This document shows positions 61,782 through 64,000 of a stretch of 64,000 nucleotides of DNA, one piece after another (positions within the stretch are counted from its first letter, which is position 1; each line of letters begins with the position of its first letter). Source of the DNA: Synechococcus sp. (GTDB lineage Bacteria > Cyanobacteriota > Cyanobacteriia > PCC-6307 > Cyanobiaceae); NCBI GenBank assembly GCA_047285535.1, contig JBJBDC010000001.1, positions 96,136 to 160,135 on the forward strand, read 5' to 3'. The position numbers were made by a program, and so were the translations under genes. Below the pieces are notes generated by a model. That model was not told where the DNA came from. It was given only the letters and a program-made list of their open reading frames with translations, and did not search any database.

Positions 61782-62988
61782 ACGCCTGACGGAGTTGAAC
61801 GCTCACTATCGCGAAGGAAGGGCATCTTTGAGGCTCGGGGCCGGCTTTTTTCGCCCGGAGTCCAGACCGGCGAGGGATCTCTCCGTGTTGTTGGCCGCTT
61901 CAACATTGGAGTCTTCTTTTAGAGATCGTTCCCTGCACTGGCTGGACCTCATGGCTGGTTGCGGTATCCGGGCTCTGCGTTGGGGACTTGAAGCGAGGGG
62001 TGCGTCTCTTCAGCCCGTGAACCTTGTGGTGAACGATGCAGATCAAGAGCGAGAGCCGCTTTTGGCCGCCAATCTGGTCTCGTTGCAAGAGTGTCAAGGG
62101 TTAAAGCTCACCCAGAGCCATCAAGCGGCAGAACGGCTACTGCGTGATGCCTATCTGGAACATCGTTTTTTTGATCTGATTGATCTCGATGCTTTTGGGT
62201 GTCCAAATGTTTTGCTCCAGTCCACGCTTCAGGCGATGCGTTTTGGAGGAGTGTTGTTGCTTGCCAGCACGGACGGTCGCTCACCCACTGGTCATGACCG
62301 TTTCGCAGCGGTGCGTCGTTTTGGGGCAGCGGCCCGTGCCCATCCATCAAGTTGGGAGATGGCTTTGCGTCTGCAATTGGCGGCTTTAGCTCGGGAGGCT
62401 TGGCTTCTGGGACGTGGTCTCGAGCCCTTGTTGAGTTACAGCGATGGCCGTACTTTCCGTATTGCGATTCGCATGCGTCAGCGGATCCGTCCGGGTGAAG
62501 AGGAGCAACTGGGCTTCTTGGCCCGTTGTGAACGCTGTGGAGATCAGGCGATGCAAGCGATGTTGGGCCTCCAAGGTTGGAGGCCTTGTTCCTGTCGGGA
62601 TGGTTGCGGACGTTGGGCGGTGAGTGGTCCGCTGTGGATTGGTCCTCTTCAGTCGCCTGAACAGCTCAAAAGGCTGCTGCAATTAAGTGAAACTCTCCGT
62701 TTGGAGTTGAGTCATGACCAGGATCCGACCCTTGCCCCTCGCAGTCGCAGGTTGCTTGAAGGGCTATTGGCGGATCCTGGTCAGCCTGCATGTAGTTGGT
62801 CAACCGGTGAGTTGGCCCGTCGGCTTCAGCTGAAAGGTCCCCCTGCTGTCCATGAATTGGAGGCGGCTCTAAGAGCCTCTGGGTACAGCGCATCGGTCAG
62901 TGGTGTCATGCCTGGTCAGGTGCGGACCGATGCACCTCTCGGCATCTTGTTGCGACAATGCTCCGATTTGGACCGGAAAGATCGTTAA
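61750..62988 (+). CDS. Trm1-like N2,N2-dimethylguanosine tRNA methyltransferase; start may be slightly downstream
   Basis: GFFRPESRPARD, LDLMAGCGIRALR, DLIDLDAFG, CERC motif. Confidence 0.85.
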   Translation: MEAGWRAIACTRLTELNAHYREGRASLRLGAGFFRPESRPARDLSVLLAASTLESSFRDRSLHWLDLMAGCGIRALRWGLEARGASLQPVNLVVNDADQEREPLLAANLVSLQECQGLKLTQSHQAAERLLRDAYLEHRFFDLIDLDAFGCPNVLLQSTLQAMRFGGVLLLASTDGRSPTGHDRFAAVRRFGAAARAHPSSWEMALRLQLAALAREAWLLGRGLEPLLSYSDGRTFRIAIRMRQRIRPGEEEQLGFLARCERCGDQAMQAMLGLQGWRPCSCRDGCGRWAVSGPLWIGPLQSPEQLKRLLQLSETLRLELSHDQDPTLAPRSRRLLEGLLADPGQPACSWSTGELARRLQLKGPPAVHELEAALRASGYSASVSGVMPGQVRTDAPLGILLRQCSDLDRKDR

Positions 62989-63015
62989 ATAGATCTTGAT
63001 TTTGAATCCTGTTTC

Positions 63016-63117
63016 ATGGCTGCAGAAATTTTCGGAATAGCTGTCGTGTTCTGGGTGTTGATTCCAGTGGGCCTCGCTGGTGGTGCATTGCTTTTGAAAC
63101 TTCAAAAAGACTCATAG
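63016..63117 (+). CDS. petM: Cytochrome b6f subunit 7 (below ORF-track cutoff)
   Basis: Manual translation [33 protein letters not shown]. Confidence 0.9.
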   Translation: MAAEIFGIAVVFWVLIPVGLAGGALLLKLQKDS

Positions 63118-63169
63118 GCGCACAAGCCCTTTGGCCCCTTTAGGCTCCTCGCTTGCAATGACTGACCCA

Positions 63170-64000
63170 ATGCAGGTCCTGGTGGTTGGTGGAACAGGAA
63201 CGCTTGGCCGTCAAATCGCGAAACAAGCGATTGATGCTGGCCATACGGTTCGCTGCGTTGTGCGTTCACCACGGAAGGCTGCGTTCCTACAGGAGTGGGG
63301 TTGTGAACTCACTCGTGGGGATCTGCTTGAGCCCGCCAGTCTTGATTACGCCCTGGATGGAGTCGATGCGGTGATCGACGCCGCTACCAGTAGGCCAACC
63401 GATCCAAAGAGTATCTACGTCACCGATTGGGACGGAAAACTTAATCTGCTCAATGCATGCGAGCGAGCAGGCGTCAAGCGTTTCGTGTTCCTTTCTTTGC
63501 TGAGTGCTGCCAAGCATCGAAACGTGCCCTTGATGGACATTAAGTACTGCACAGAGCGGTTGCTGGAGGAATCGGATTTTGATTACACGATTCTTCAGGG
63601 AGCTGCATTTATGCAGGGTGTGATCAGTCAATTTGCGATTCCAATCTTGGAGAGTCAGACGGTGTGGGTCAGTGGCAGTCCTACATCGATCGCTTACATG
63701 AACACGCAGGACATGGCTCGTTTTGCTGTTGCAGGATTAGAACACCCAGAAACCATTCGTTGTTCGTTCCCAGTTGTTGGACCCAAAGCCTGGAACACTG
63801 GAGAAGTGACTCAGCTTTGTGAACTGGCCTGCTCTAAATCCGCTCGAGTCTTTCGGGTTCCTGTTGCCTTGCTGAACTGGATGCAAGGAATTTGTTCGTT
63901 CTTTGAACCTGCTGTGAATGTGGCAGAGCGTCTCGCTTTTGCCGATGTCATCGGTGGTGGTGGCTCCCTCGACGCCTCAATGGAAGCCAGCTATAGAGCT
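63170..64000 (+). CDS. ycf39: Ycf39-like NAD(P)-binding protein, truncated by the window end
   Basis: Manual translation MQVLVVGGTGTLGRQIA...AAFLQEWGCELTRGDL...VPLMDIK; open to the end of the window. Confidence 0.88.
   Translation, partial: MQVLVVGGTGTLGRQIAKQAIDAGHTVRCVVRSPRKAAFLQEWGCELTRGDLLEPASLDYALDGVDAVIDAATSRPTDPKSIYVTDWDGKLNLLNACERAGVKRFVFLSLLSAAKHRNVPLMDIKYCTERLLEESDFDYTILQGAAFMQGVISQFAIPILESQTVWVSGSPTSIAYMNTQDMARFAVAGLEHPETIRCSFPVVGPKAWNTGEVTQLCELACSKSARVFRVPVALLNWMQGICSFFEPAVNVAERLAFADVIGGGGSLDASMEASYRA

Overview
The window looks like a marine picocyanobacterial (Synechococcus-like) chromosome, judging from psbDC, ycf4, petM, ycf39, psaK, an hli gene and cobQ. It has four blocks. 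(1) 1-23.6 kb: an AT-richer accessory region with an SDR, a cupin, a stand-alone dnaK, hli, an acyl-CoA dehydrogenase, a cysteine hydrolase coupled to a PAS hybrid kinase, a Nif11-like peptide, GAPDH, an L,D-transpeptidase, psaK, many microproteins and candidate sRNAs. (2) 23.6-29.2 kb: core-type genes from yjbQ through cobQ to maf. (3) 29.2-56.3 kb: an apparent ~27 kb insertion between maf and psbC. It holds a PstS-like lipoprotein coupled to two GYG ion-channel genes and a 6252-aa surface protein (22 x 525-bp and 6 x 519-bp near-identical tandem repeats plus a vWA domain). It also holds a divergently transcribed type I secretion module whose two ABC proteins both lack the canonical ATPase catalytic residues. 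(4) 56.4-64 kb: core photosynthesis and housekeeping genes. I saw no rRNA, tRNA, CRISPR array, integrase or transposase. All calls were made by eye from motifs; no database searches were run.
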